Assembly: GCF_044704955.1 (NCBI RefSeq)
Contig: NC_091987.1
Location: 68,820,001-68,884,000 of the forward strand
From: Pristiophorus japonicus
Taxonomy: Eukaryota
Reading direction: 5' to 3'
DNA: 64,000 nucleotides
The position numbers and the translations under genes were made by a program. Of this stretch, positions 12,601 through 26,021 are shown piece after piece. The notes beneath the pieces were generated by a model that saw only the letters and a list, made by a program, of their open reading frames with translations, was not told the DNA's origin and ran no database searches. How positions within the stretch are numbered: the stretch's first letter is position 1; every line of letters starts with the position of its first letter.

Positions 12601-14339
12601 AGAGAGAGTTGGTAAATCAATACAATTTAATGCAGCTAAGATTCTCAAATGTAGGTGGGAGAATTGGGAGGTCACCCTGCCTATTGAACAGTCTGATCCT
12701 TTTAAACTCCATTGTAAAATCGGTTCTAGGAATAAAGCTTAAGCAGTTTTTCTCATTATAAAAGGGAAATGGAATGTAACAATCTCTACAAAGGCATAGA
12801 ACTTAAAATGATAAATTCGTAATCAAATAAGGTAAGTGTCTGAGCTTGAGTGTCTTTAAGGTTAAAGGCTATTCCTAGCTTCTTCTGTAGTAGGAGTGCG
12901 CAATTATATTTTTGTGGCATTCATTAGGCAAAGAAAAAGGATCTAGCTGAGACTCTCAACAATTCTGCAAAAGAGCAATACAGTGACATGTATTAATTAA
13001 AACCAATGTAAAGCTGAGTCCAGAAATGAAAGAACATTGTTCTCAAACCAATTCAATCAGGTAACAAGAATAGGGCAGGAAATGGGAGGCAGAAATTTAG
13101 TTGATGAAAAAGCTTGTATATATTCAATCCACTGAAACACTTGGCGGTACCAAGAAAAAGTACTAGAGGTCTGGATTCAAATGTCAGTATTGGTGCACTC
13201 TATGCTTGTGAGATTATTGGGTGAAAAATGTCACTGGATGCTTTTGTACACTGTTTTAATTCTGAATCGGGTGCAGGTTCAACTTTGGATAATGTTGTCT
13301 CTATCAGTGGATCAAGGAAACAAACTGACTTCACCAGTATAACGTGTAGAGTTGCCAAGCAGTGTGAAATGGCATCAGTGCTATTTATGAACTGCAGCAA
13401 TTGGCACCATAAAAGCCTTGAATGAGCAAAGGAGCAATATGGGTATTTGACATTTAAGTCTTGGCTGAGTAAGCCGAGAAAGGCATAACCGGTTCTGTGC
13501 TGGCCTTTACAAGCTAAAAGGTTATATTGCAACTTCAAAAAGCAAATTGTAATTGGGTGTCATGTGGAGCTTCAGCAAATGCACATTCTACTTTACAGAC
13601 TGGCTTGAATAATTTGAGTAGAAATGTGAAAGGATCAATTTTTAAAAGTTGGTGTTTGGGGCTTCATTGCACACTGTAGGAAAATCCTATAGTCAGCATT
13701 ATTGTGGCAATGGTAGTCACACAAGCATACTCTTTCATAATTAAATGAAGGTATAATGACATGAAATAGTGTACACTATTATCCCCATAACCTGCAGGGA
13801 AACTGATAATGAAGCACAAATTGCAGATGCTGCAAATTTCCAAGAGTGGGAAAAATTGGCATATTTTGTAAATTTTCCCTATCTACTTTTGCAAAAAGGA
13901 GCTTTTAAAAAAAAATGGAAATATAGACAGATGTACATTATTTATTCAAAAAGGTTCTGTAAATAGAAAACAAATCAGAAATTCTTGTTTGGACCAATGA
14001 GTATGGCCAAAAGGGGAATTCAAAATATAGCATGTGATAGAAATGTTGTCCACACAATATAAATCCAGGACTAAATGTTTTCCTCCCAATCCCCCAAAAT
14101 TAAAAAATATTCTCTATTAAGGGAACAGCTCATACATTCTCACCATACTCCTCCTCTTAAAAATCATGCATTTAAATTGGAGAGTGAGTAGTTTACATCT
14201 CAATTTTTTAAAGATATGCACAATACAGAATTACAATGCAAGTATCGGTGAAGAGAGATTGATGATCCAAAGACATTGCACACTCGAGTTATTCTAAAGC
14301 CCTGCTGATTATTTTTCCTTGTATGTTAACTTCCTATAT

Positions 14340-14690
14340 TCCTTCCATCACACCTAAAGATGCTGAATCTTGTTGGAGTACAATTTCATGGACAGCCCTC
14401 CAGTACTTCACCCCATCCAAGTGGCTAGTCTTTAAGTCTGACCCTAGATGGTGATTTCCAATAGGCTATCTGATTGTAAATGCCATAAGATTACGTTCTC
14501 ATTGTAAAGTTCACATGCATTTCCCAACCTGAGCCACTCTGGCTATTTTTTCCCTCTGGGTCAGGGTCTCTGGATCCAATTGTAGTACCCAACTGCTTCT
14601 CTTAGTGATCAGCTATTTCAGTACACACCAGTAATCGAACCTAGGATCTTTCTTCTCTAGTTAATCTGAGATATAGTTCACTTACCACCT
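14340..14690 (-). mobile_element. LF-SINE-like ancient SINE remnant
   Basis: Reverse complement resembles the LF-SINE-like copies at 28780-29060 and 56495-56745; tRNA B-box-like ggttcgattac on the minus strand. Confidence 0.5.
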
Positions 14691-14707
14691 GAGGGAAGCT
14701 GTCTCGT

Positions 14708-15050
14708 TCATAGTATCATAGAGCACAGAAGGAGGCCATTTGGCCCATCGTGCCGGTGTTGGCTCTTTGAAAGTACTATTGAATTCGCCCCATTACCCTG
14801 CCATTTCCCCATAGCCCTGCAAATCTTTCCTTTTCAAGTATATATCCAATTCACTTTTGAAAGTTACTTTAGAATCTGCTTCCACCACCCTTTTAGGCAG
14901 TACATTCCAGAATATAACAACAGCAGCATTAAAAAAATTCTCAGCTCCCCTCTAGTTCTTTTGCCAATTATCTTAAATCTGTGTCCTCTGTTTACCTCCT
15001 GCCAGTGGAAACCGTTTTTAATTATTTATCCAATCAAAACCCTTCATTTT
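14708..15050 (-). mobile_element. Old CR1 3' fragment
   Basis: catagtatcatagagcacagaaggaggccatttggccc tail, followed by typical CR1 3' ORF2 antisense sequence. Confidence 0.65.
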
Positions 15051-17520
15051 AAATGTTACATACATTTAGGAGGGGTGTGGAGGGAGGGTAGACATGTCAA
15101 ATGAACTGATTGAGAGATTTTAGGTGTTTGCTAAAGTTACAATCAGCTCATTCAAACTAACGTGATTCCACAGTGTGTCCAAATTTCTTTCTGGCCAAAA
15201 TCAAGTGTGCTTGCTAGATAGAATGAAAAAGAGCCATTCAAATGGTATTTATACCTTTGAATCCACTTTATTATAAGGTATTTTTAACTGATTCCTCAAT
15301 CTCCCTGTTCTCGCGTCGTCGATCATTCTGGAATACAACCTGAGGGATTAGCCGGAGTCTGTTCAACTGGAGCGAATCTCACTTTAATCCTCTCCCTTCA
15401 TCTTTTTGCAAATTTGAATTTCAAATAGGGAATCAGTTACATGTTAAAATCCATGTAAAATAATAATTAACTGCTTCCTTATTAAAGTTAGTCAAATTTA
15501 AATTAAACAACTTGACATGTATTGAAAGAAGATACCTCAAATATATATTTTAGTGTTAGTTACCTATGGTAGTAAATGTGTTATTTTATATACTTAAATA
15601 AAACTGCGCTTTTTTATCTGCTTATTAGGGTGCATTTAAAATTTAATGATCAAACGATATTTTGTTGGTGTACATATTTTTGCTGAAGGCTAAATAACAC
15701 AAGTGAACATGAACTGTTACAGCATTTTAGTATAATTTACAATATAGCTTAGTTTTCAATTCTTATTTTTTTGCCCTGAACACTACATGTGCTAAAGTTG
15801 AACAGTCACTAGAGGGGGCAGTTATGAATCTGATCTAGAATAACATGAATTATCCATACCATTTGTAATCAGATCTGGGTGTAAAAATGGGTTTGAAACA
15901 AAATTAAATAAATCACATAGTTTTTTGGGGCTTTTTTAAAAAAAACTTTCAGTTCCCAAAATTAAAGTTTCCAAATATATATCAATTATATCTGGCTGAT
16001 CACCATATGTGAGGCTGTCTTATGCAATTCCATTTGCAAGTGTTACAATTCCACAAAAAGATTTCAATATCAGCCTGTAACCGCTGGTGAATAGGACAAG
16101 TTGATCAGTGTAATACCAGCTAGCTATTGTACTTTCAAAAACAGTTGCTTCACTCACGAGCTCTTGGACCTGTTCCTTAAAGTGCTGTTGAGCAGAACTT
16201 GTAGTGAATTTAGTTGGTTATTGCACATGGAGCAACCCATTCCACTCCCCAAATAGCAAAGCACCTTTCTCCAAACTCCCTCAGTGGTCAGGTGGTTGAT
16301 CAGAACATCAGAGATTAAATTTTCATCTTCACCACGGGACGGTAATCTGGTGGAGTGGAATGCCCCCCACCATTATAGAACCCATCAACGGAATGAAATT
16401 CAGGTGGGTATACATTGGGCAGGTGATCAGCTCCATCAGATTACCGCCCATGTGAATACTGTGAATATGAAAATTTACCCCATAGTTTCAGGACAGGGAA
16501 AACTGAAATTCTGTCCTGTGTTGAAACAATAGTGTAATTAGAAGTGCAATGAACTAATTTCACCAAACACAACTACATTGATCATTATAAATGTAGCCAC
16601 ACAGTTACATATGGGTTGTGGATTTACAAAGACAGAACAATCATTGCAGCTGAATGATCATTTGTCACTAAAACTGGATCGACTGTACTTCAGATGGTCA
16701 GGTATTGGCACTCTAGCTTCTCCAGTGTTGTAACTTCTAGCTTATAATGTAGCTAAAAATGTGTCCTTGAAGAAAGTGTTGTGCATTAATTTTAATTCAT
16801 TCTGCTTCATTCAGAATTTCTCAAAGCTTTGTAAGGTTGCCAGATGAACAGTCTAATTTTGTGCCAGTCTTTGGTACATTGACATCAAATCATTTGATTA
16901 ATTTGGTAAATCTGTATTGACTTCACCCAACAAAATTGTTGCACTTTGTAACTATAGTGATGATATTTTCTCAAAATGATTTTAAGGAGTCTATTGGTGG
17001 AAGTGTTATACAGAAAGAGGCCCTTCTGCTTTGAAGTCTTATTGCTAACTGGGAAAATTGTTGTGAGGTGAATGTATAACATGCTTTACAATATTACAAT
17101 TAACTAAAGAATAAAAATGTCACACCACCAGTCTGATGCATGAGCTTCTTGCTGGGCAGGCATTTCTTTCATCATGTCTGGCTACACAGTTGACCTGATT
17201 TTAAATTTGACATTGTGAGGTGGGAGCCTTTACTCCAAACCATGATCACAGTAAACAATTCCATACTGTTTGCACTGTAATATTTACGTGACAGTAATCT
17301 AAAATTTCTGTAATAAATGGACACTTCAATTGGAGCATAAACATAACTTAAGGTGTTGGGATACTCCCAGTTTCTCATTGTTTGGACGGATGTCCTATTT
17401 TAGGTATTTTCTATGTATCAATAGTGCATGATACTGCAGAATTTCATTTGTGATGAGTGTTTTCATGTAAATTTTAAAATGTGATGTGCTTTGTTTGAAA
17501 TCTCTTGTCATTTTGTTGTT

Positions 17521-17526
17521 AATAAA
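17521..17526 (+). terminator. Candidate distal polyadenylation signal
   Basis: AATAAA with U-rich upstream sequence and tctttgtgtt downstream, at the UTR/TE boundary. Confidence 0.55.
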
Positions 17527-17679
17527 ATGATGGGTCTTGAAAAGATCTTTGTGTTCCAGGCCAGTACTTGGACCAGACTGCTGTGATTATGAACCTTTCA
17601 ATTTTTTTCTTCAAATCCTGCTGGGATGGTTCATGGGCACTAGCTGCTCTGTTTTCTCACTCAAATGGTCATTCTCCTT

Positions 17680-18085
17680 GTACACAGCAAGGGTCAACAA
17701 ATAGCAAAGAGATAAATGACCAGATAATGTCTTTTGGTGGTGTCCATTCTTTTGGTGGTGTCAGTTGAGGGATAAATGTTGATCAGGATACTGGAAGAAC
17801 TTTACCGACATGGACACAATGGGCCTAATGGCTTCCTTCTGTGTCGTAATTTTTCTATGATTCTATAACTCTGGTCTTCTTCAACTAGTGCCACGGGATC
17901 TTTTATGTCCACCTGAGAGAGCAGATAGGGCCTCCGTTTAACATCATCTGGAAGCTGGCATCTCGGACAGTGCAGCACTCCTGCAGTATGGCACTAAAGT
18001 GTCAAGTCGAGAAATTTGTGCTTAAATCTCTTAAATGGGGTTTGAACCCCTAACTTCTGACTCATAAGAGTGCTGCTACTGACAT
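17680..18085 (-). mobile_element. SacSINE1/Deu-domain-type SINE, interrupted by a short CR1 tail (~17807-17866)
   Basis: gagggataaat..ccagga, agtgcca.gggatctttta.gtccacctgaga, gacagtgcagcact blocks shared with 49921-50330. Confidence 0.65.
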
Positions 18086-18299
18086 CTACAAGAGGTCTGA
18101 GAGAGGTTTACATCTGCCCTCTGCAGGGAAGATGAGGTTAAAATCATTACCATAGTAGTAGCTTTAGGCAAAAGGCCTTTGGTCCATCTTGTCCACCTAT
18201 CCACAGAATTCCTTTGGTGCATTTTAATAACCTTGAATCCCATTTGTTAACACAAAGCTGTTTACTTGCTTCTTGAAACTGATTAAGATTTTGTTTTTA

Positions 18300-19150
18300 A
18301 TTCATTCACAGGAAATGGGCATCACTGGCAAATCAGGTATTTACTGCCCATTCTTAGTTGCTGTTGAGAAGGTGTTGGTGGGCCTTCTTGAACTGCTGCA
18401 GCCCTTGTGGTAAAGATATTCCTTCAATGCAGTTGAGTAGGGATTTCCAGGAATTTGACCCAGCAGTGATGAAGGAACGGCGATATATGTCCAAATCTGA
18501 ATTGTGTGTGACTTGGAGGTGATGATGTTCCCATGCATCTACTGTCCTTGTCCATCTAGGTGGTGGAGAACACTGGTTTAGGAGGTGGTGATGAAGAAGT
18601 CTTGGTAGCTTGCTGCTGATATTACACAACCAGCAACTGTATGCTGCTGATGGTGGAGGAGGTGAATGCTTAATTTGGTGAATGGGATGCTGATCATATG
18701 AACTATTTTGTCTTGGATGGTGTCGAGCTTCTTGAATGTTGTTGCAGTTTCACCCATCCAGGCAAATGGACAGTATACCATCAATATACTCCTGACTCAT
18801 GCCATTTAGGGAACAGAGAGGCGTTGGATAGTCGGATGAGCCATTTGTTGCAAAATACCCAGCTTCTGACCTGTTCTAATAGTGACTGCATTTATGTGGC
18901 TGGGCCAGTTGAGTCTCTGGTTAATGGTGACCCCCAGGAAGTTCATGGTGGGGGATTCGGTGATGGTAATGCCATTGAAAGTCAATGGGTTAGATTTCCC
19001 TTGGAGATGGTCATTACCTGCCACTTGTGTGGCACAAAAGTTAGTTGCCACTTATCAGCCCAAGCTTGGATGTTGTTCCAGTCTTGCTGCATTTGGGCAT
19101 AAACTGCTTCATTATTTGAGGAATTGCAAATTGAGCTGAGCACTTTGCCA
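18300..19150 (-). mobile_element. HER1-like non-LTR retrotransposon 3' fragment
   Basis: Minus frames FLGVTINQRLNWPSHIN..QKLGIL and MVYCPFAWM..KKLDTIQDK; HE1/HER1-like tail; frameshifted. Confidence 0.7.
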
Positions 19151-19164
19151 AAAAAGTGGTAAAC

Positions 19165-21719
19165 ATGCCAAAAAACCCTCCTATTTAGGAGTCATGCTTG
19201 ATCGCACCCTGGCATATAGACAACATCTCCAGAACCTTGGGAAGAAACAAAAGAGTAGGCTCAACTTGATCCAGAAACTCACCGTATCCACATGGGGAAC
19301 AGACACTCAAACCCTCTGTATGGCAGCACTCGCCCTGGTGTACTCTACAGCGGAGTACTGCTCTCTGGCTTGGTTATCAAGTCCACGTCAAATCCGTTGA
19401 TGTCCAGCTGAATTCTACAATAAGAATTATTACCGATACCGGACTTGAACAACCTACTACCAACCCGTCTCAAATCTAGAAGGCCATTTTGGACCGTCAC
19501 CGAAGCCCTTCAACGATCTGTCCTCAGCCTTGCTGATCAATGGCGAAATGCTTAGAAGAACTGCGACATACGGAATGGATTCCTTATAGAGGAGCCCAGT
19601 ACAACCTGTAGGATCAAATCTTCGCAAACAATGGACAACCATCACCCACCTCAGAAACATAGAAAATAGGTGCAGGAGTAGCCCATTCGGCCCTTCGAGC
19701 CTGCACCACCATTCAATATGATCATGGCTGATCATACAACTTCAGTACACCTTTCCTGCTTTCTCTCCATACCCCTTGATCCCTTTAGCAGTAAGGGCCA
19801 CATCTAACTCCCTTTTGAATGTATCTGACGAACTGGCCTCAACAACTTTCTATGGTAGAGAATTCTGAGTGAAGAAGTTTCTCTTCATCTTGGTCCTAAA
19901 TGGCTTACCCCTTATCCTTAGACTGTGACCCCTGGTTCCGGATTTCCCCAACATCGGGGAACATTCTTCCTGCATCTAACCTGTCCAATCCCGTCAGAAT
20001 GTTGTAAGTTTCTATGAGATCCCCTCTCATTCTTCTAAATTCCAGCGAATATAAGCCTAGTTGATCCAGTCTTTCTTCATATGTCAGTCCTGCCATCCCG
20101 GGAATCAGTCTGGTGAACCCTCGCTTCACTCCCTCAATAGAAAGAATGTCCTTCAGATTAGGAGACCAAAACTGTACACAATATTCAAGGTGTGGCCTCA
20201 CCAAGGCCCTGAACAACTGCAGTAAGACCTCCCTGCTCCTATACTCAAATCCTCTTGTTATGAAGGCCAACATGCCATTCGCCTTCTTCACCGCCTGCTG
20301 TACCTGCATGCCTACTTTCAATGACTGATGTACCATGACACCCAGGTCTCATTGTATCTCCTCTTTTCCTAATCTGTCACCATTCAGATAATATTCTGCA
20401 TTCCTGTTTTTGCCACCAAAGTGGATAACCTCACATTTATCTACATTATACTGCATCTGCCCACTCACCTAACCTGTCCAAGTCACCCTGCAGCCTCTTA
20501 GCATCCTCCTCACAGTTCACACTGCCACCCAGCTTAGTGTCATCTGCAAACTTGGAGATATTACATTTAATTCCTTCATCTAAATCATTAATATATATTG
20601 TAAATAGCTGGGGTCCCAGCACTGAACCTTGCAGTACCCCACTAGCCACTGCCTGCCATTCTGAAAAGGACCTGTTTATTCCTACTCTTTGCATCCTGTC
20701 TGCCAGCCAGTTCTCTATCCACGTCACTACATTACACCCAATACCATGTGCTTTAATTTTGCACACTAATCTCTTGTGTGGGACCTTGTCAAAAGCCCTT
20801 TGAAAGTCCAAATACACCACATCCACTGTTTCTCCCTTATCCACTCTACTAGTTACATCGTCAACAAATTCTAGAAGATTTGTCAAGCATGATTTCCCTT
20901 TCATAAATCCATGCTGACTTGGACCGATCCTGTTACTGCTTTCCAAATGCACTGCTATTACATCTTTAATAATTGATTCCAACATTTTCCCCACTACCGA
21001 TATCAGGCTAACCGGTCTATAATTCCCTGTTTTCTCTCTTCCCTCTTTTAAAAAGTGGGGTTACATTAGCTACCCTCCAATCCATAGGAACTGATCCAGA
21101 GTCTATAGAATGTAGGAAAATGACTATTTCTAGGGCCATTTCCTTAAGTACTCTGGGATGCAGACTATCAGGCCCTGGGGATTTATCGGCCTTCAATCCC
21201 ATCAATTTCCCTAACACAATTTCCTTACTAATAAGGACTTCCTTCAGTTCCTCCTGCTCCCTAGACCCTCGGTCCCCTAGTATTTCCGGAAGGTTATTTG
21301 TGTCTTCCTTAGTGAAGACAGAACCAAAGTATTTGTTCAATTGGTCTGCTATTTCTTTGTTCCCCATTATAAATTCACCTGATTCTGACTGCAAGGGACC
21401 TACGTTTGTCTTCACTAATCTTTTTCACTTCACATATCTATAGAAGCTTTTGCAGTCAGTTTTTATGTTCCCTGCAAGCTTACTGGTCATGGTAGGCACT
21501 GCCGCCTTATCCATAAATGGAAGATTAAAGCATCGGCATCATGCGACTGTGGGGCTCCTAATCAGACCCTGAAGCACATCATTGAGCACTGCCCTCAGAG
21601 GAAATTCGCAGGCAGCCTACAAGATATCCATGCTGTTACACCAGAAGCTTTGGCCTGGATATCCAACTTAGATATTGACATTTGATTTGCTTTGCTACTG
21701 CCATACGAAAGAAGAAGAT
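19165..21719 (+). mobile_element. RTE-X/I-like LINE 3' fragment split by a CR1 insertion
   Basis: YLGVMLDRTLAYRQH..KL..STWG..ALALVYSTAEYC (19180-19390). QWTTITHLR (to ~19655) resumes as TGHGR..CDCGAPNQTLKHIIEHCP (from 21482). (GAA)n tail. Confidence 0.75.
19653..21484 (-). mobile_element. CR1 LINE, 5'-truncated, frameshifted ORF2
   Basis: QHGFMKGKSCLTNL, YLDFQRAFDKVPH, QGSVLGP, FADD, RPHLEYCVQFWSP; (CATAGAAA) tail. Confidence 0.95.
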
Positions 21720-22732
21720 CATCAGCGAGTAGCCCCTCTTCTGACGGTTTTCAGTGTGAAACTGGTGTAAATCAATTCGGTGCAAATTTCCTCGGGGGAC
21801 AAAAACGGTGCTACTCAGCTCTTATGTTGCAGTTATGGGGAAACCTTCCGGGGAATTCCAGGACATTGAATTAAATAAAAGAATGGAATTGTTTTGAGAC
21901 TGTAAAAAGCAGTAAATATTATCACTTACAAATCTTCAGTTCAATTTGAGTAATGGAAATTCAAATTGTTTTCACTTTCCACAAACCTGCTCATTTTGCT
22001 TTATGTTGGTGATTTGTAAAAGTCATCTAGGCAATCCCTCGGAGTCGAGGATACTTTCACTTGTAATAAGGACTGTCACTTCAGAATAGCAGAAGAGTAT
22101 CAAAAGAATTATCTAGACAGGATGCCTGCTGTTACTGCTTAAACCCTCTTTAAAGCTCAAGCTCCCCTCCATATTCTTTTCTATGAAAGCCTATTTTGCA
22201 ATTGTATAAAAAAGCAGGAGACTCTGGTTTGAGTACACAGTTTAATAATCTATTCATACTGAGGGAAATTAAAGTATATTAATTGTTCCGCCTGTGAAAA
22301 TACTTGTCTAGTTAATTTAAATTAGCAGCTTAATAGTTTACTTTCATTATGATTTTGTAGGAGAGGGTTCAAAATCAATATAATTTAATATATCCAGTGT
22401 TTAGTATGGGAGAGGATAGCAATACTCTCTCTGCTTACATCGCTGACTATAAATGAGAGCTTAAACCGGCTTTCATTCTTTTCTAGTTGCTTGCTCAAGA
22501 ATAGCAGTAGCAGAGATCTGGGAGCGAGGTGAGTTGGAAACTTACTCACTGCTCCAGAAATGAGATCCAGTCTATTTTAACTCCCAGGCCCCATTTAAAG
22601 GATGCGTTTATTTGTACTGCCAAAATGACCACCATGCTCCACCCTTTTTCTATGATTGGTTCCCTTGGAGTGTAAGCCACACCCTGAAGTTTCACAGGAA
22701 TGTGTAACTGGAACCGTCCATCCTAAGGTCTA

Positions 22733-25700
22733 AATAAAAACAGAAAATGCTGGCAATCTCAGCGGGTCAGGCAGCATCTGTGGAGAGAAAGCAGAGTTAA
22801 CATTTTGGGTCGATGACCCTTAGTCAGAACAGGAGAGTGTACGCAAAGAACAGATTCTTAACAAGCACTGAAAGGGGAAGAAAGAACAAAAGGGAGGATC
22901 TGTGAATGGTTGGAAGACAGGAGAGATTAGAGACAAAAGGGATGATGGCCCAAATACAAATGGTAATGCCAGGAGTGAGAAAAACATTAGTCAAAATAGA
23001 GTGTGAATGGTAGGATAATTACCAGCTGCCATTAGAGACAAGGAGCAGAAAAAAAGAAAGAAACCGGCTCGGGGGGGAAGTGCAGGGGGAGGGGGGTGGG
23101 AAGGGAGCCAAAGATTGGCAGCGGCTACGCTCTGAAATTGTTGAACTGAATGTTAAGTTCAGAAGAGATATAAAATGCCTAAATGAAAGATGAGGTGCTG
23201 TTCCTCGAGCTTGCATTGAGCTTCATTGGAACAATGTAGGAAGACCAAGGACGGAGAGGTCAGAGTGGGAGTGGAGTGGAGAATTAAAGTGACAGGTGAC
23301 TGGAAGCTCAGGGTCACACTTGAGGTCTGAACGGAGGTGCTCAGCAAAGCAATCACCCAGTCTACGCTTGGTCTCCCCGATGTAGAGGAGACCACATTGT
23401 GAGCAGTGAATACAGTATACTAAATTGAAAGAAGTACAAGGAAATCATTGTTTCGCCTGGAAGGAATATTTGGGGCCTTGGATAGTGGGAAGGCAGGAGG
23501 TAAAAGGGTAGGTGTTGCAACTCCTGTGCTTGCACGGAAAGGTGCCGTGGGAAGAGGAGGGAGTGCTGGGGATAACTGTGGAATGGACCAGGGTGTCGCG
23601 GAGGAAGCGGTCCCTTCGGAATGCTGAGAGGGGAGGGGAGGGGAGGGGAAGATGTGTTTGGTGGTGGGATCACGCTGGAGGTGACAGAAATGGCAGAGGA
23701 TGATCCGTTGAACGTGGAGGCTGGTGGGATGAAAGGTGAGGACAAGGGGAACCCTGTCATGGTTCTGAGAGAGAGGGGAAGGGGTGAGAGCAGAGGTACG
23801 GGAAATAGAACGGACACGGTTGAGGGCCATGTTAAACATGGCGGAGGGGAATCCTCTGTTGAGGAAAAAAGAAGACATGTCAGAGGCACTAGTATGAAAG
23901 ATGGCGTCGTCCGAGCAGATGTGACGGAGACAGAGAAACTGGGAGAATGGATTGGAGTCCTTATGGGATGCGGGGTGGGAGAACGTGTAGTCCAGGCAGC
24001 TGTGGGAGTCAGTGAGCTTATTGTGGATACTGGTCGAAAGCCTATCTCCAGAGATGGAGATGGAGAGGCGAGGAAGGGAAGGGAAGAGTTGGAGATGGAC
24101 TATGTGAAGGTGAGGGAAGGGTGGAAATTGGATGCAAAATGAATGAAATTTTCAAGTTCAGGGCGAGAGCAGGAAACGGCACCAATACAGTCATCAATGT
24201 ACCGGAAAAAGAGGAGAGGGAGAGGACTCAAGTAGTACTGGAACAAAGAATGTTCCATATATCCCATGAAAAGGCAGACATAGCTAGGACTGATGCGGGT
24301 TCCCATAGCAGCACCTTTAATTTGGAGGAAGTGAGTGGAGTTAAAGGAGAAGTTGTTCAATGTGAGAACAAGTTCAGCCAGGCGGAGGAGGGTGATGGTG
24401 GATGGGGATTGGTTGGGCCTCTGCTCGAAGAAGAAGCGGAGTGCCCTCAGGCCATCCTGGTGGGGAATGGAAGTGTAGAGGGATTGGATGTTCATGGTGA
24501 AAAGGAGACGGTTGGGGCCAGGAAACTGGAAACTGTTAAAGTGACGGAGGATGTCGGAGGAGACGTGGATGTAGCTGGGAAGAAAGTGGACAAGGGGAGA
24601 AAAAAATAGAGTCAAGATAGGAAGAAATCAGTTCCGTGGGGCAAGAACACGCTGAAACGATAGGTCTATCGGGGCAGTCCTGTTTGTGGATCTTGGGAAG
24701 GAGGTAGAAGCGCATTGTGCGGGGTTGGGGAACTACGTGGTTGGTGGCTGTGGAGGGAAGATCTCTAGAGGAGATGAGGTCAGTGATGGTCTGGGAAATT
24801 ATGGCTTGATGTTTAGTAGTGGGGCCATGGTCCAGGAGGAAGTAGGAGTTGGAGTCAGAGAGTTGGCGATCAGCCTCTACAAGGTAGAGGTCAGTTCGCC
24901 AAAGAACAACAGTGCCACCCTTATCAGCAGGTTTGATGACAAGGTTAGGGTTGGATCTGAGCGAGTGGAGTGCTGCAAGTTCAGAGGGAGGTAAGTTGGA
25001 GTGAGTGAGGGGTGCACAGAAATTAGGATGGCCGATGTCCCATTGGCAGTTTGCAATGGAGAGATCTAGAGAGGGTAAGAGGTCAGAGGGAGTGATCCAG
25101 GTAGAGCAAGAATTCTGAAAAAGGGAGAAAGTGTCAGTTGTACAGGGGGAAGACTCCTGGCCGAAGAAGTGGGCATGGAGGTGAAGGTGGCGGAAAAAGA
25201 GCTCAGCATCGTGTCAAGCTTGAAATTCACTGAAGTGGGGGCGTAAGGGGATGAAGCTCAGGCCTTTGCTGAGGACTGATCATTTGGGGTCAGAGAGGGG
25301 AAGGTCAGAGGGGATAGTGAAAACACGGCAGGGGTTGAGATTGGAAGAAGGGATGGGATCAGAGGGAAGAGAAGGTTCTGGAGGGGCGTTGAAGTTTACG
25401 ATCTTTGACACCTGAAAGGAAGGAAAAAAGTTTTTGGTTAAAGCGCCGGATGAGGTGAAGGATGAAATTGAACTGCGGACCAGGACAGCTGAGAGATAGA
25501 GTGCGTCGGTGTTGTTGAAGAGAGAGGTCGAGAGTGTGCATGTGGCAGCGCATAGCTGAGTGTGGATCCCAGGATGCGGCGAGAGCAGTGGTTGGAGGAA
25601 CGTTGAATATCCTGGAGATATCTGTAATCCTGGGTGGATCCAAAACATGAGAGGTGGAATTCCAGTTGGATTCCACATGGATTAAGTTCGAGGCGGAGAC

Positions 25701-26021
25701 AATTACTGAGGAAAGAGATGTGGCTGTGAAAGTAAGTCTTGGCAGATACTTGATCAAACACGAGAAGGGAAACAGAAAACAAAAGATGAACACGGTAAAA
25801 GAGACAAACGGAAATCCCATCTGAGGGAAGAGCACAACTTCAAGGTGGGCATTCCTAGGAAAGAAGTGGGAGTGAATTAAACACTAATACAAAATCAAAA
25901 TACTGTGGATGCTGGAATCTGGAATAAAAACAGAAAATGCTGGAAATCTCAGCAGGTCAGGCAGCATCTGTGGAGAGAGAAACAGAGTTAACGTTTCGGG
26001 TCGAGGACCCTTTGTCAGAAC
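22733..26021 (-). mobile_element. Penelope-like retroelement (RT + GIY-YIG), degenerate, with direct pseudo-LTRs
   Basis: RT motifs SLYTSIPH, QIKGAAMGT..PSY, FRYIDD (24100-24615); GIY-YIG remnant (LYIGETKRRLGDCFAEH, ~23335-23390); ~100-bp direct repeats at 22733-22830 and 25923-26021. Confidence 0.9.
25985..26021 (-). ncRNA. Minimal hammerhead ribozyme-like motif in a Penelope pseudo-LTR (degenerate)
   Basis: Minus strand: CUGAcaA-gggtc-ctc-gaccc-GAAACGUU; stem II intact, G8 position changed to A. A more decayed copy lies at 22797-22830. Confidence 0.6.

Larger units (their letters stand above)
9663..17545 (+). other. IGSF3: Probable long IGSF3 3' UTR
   Basis: AT-rich, TE-poor stretch following the stop; ends at AATAAA 17521 with GU-rich sequence downstream, after which TE density jumps. 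The end point is inferred; earlier AATAAA sites exist. Confidence 0.6.
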
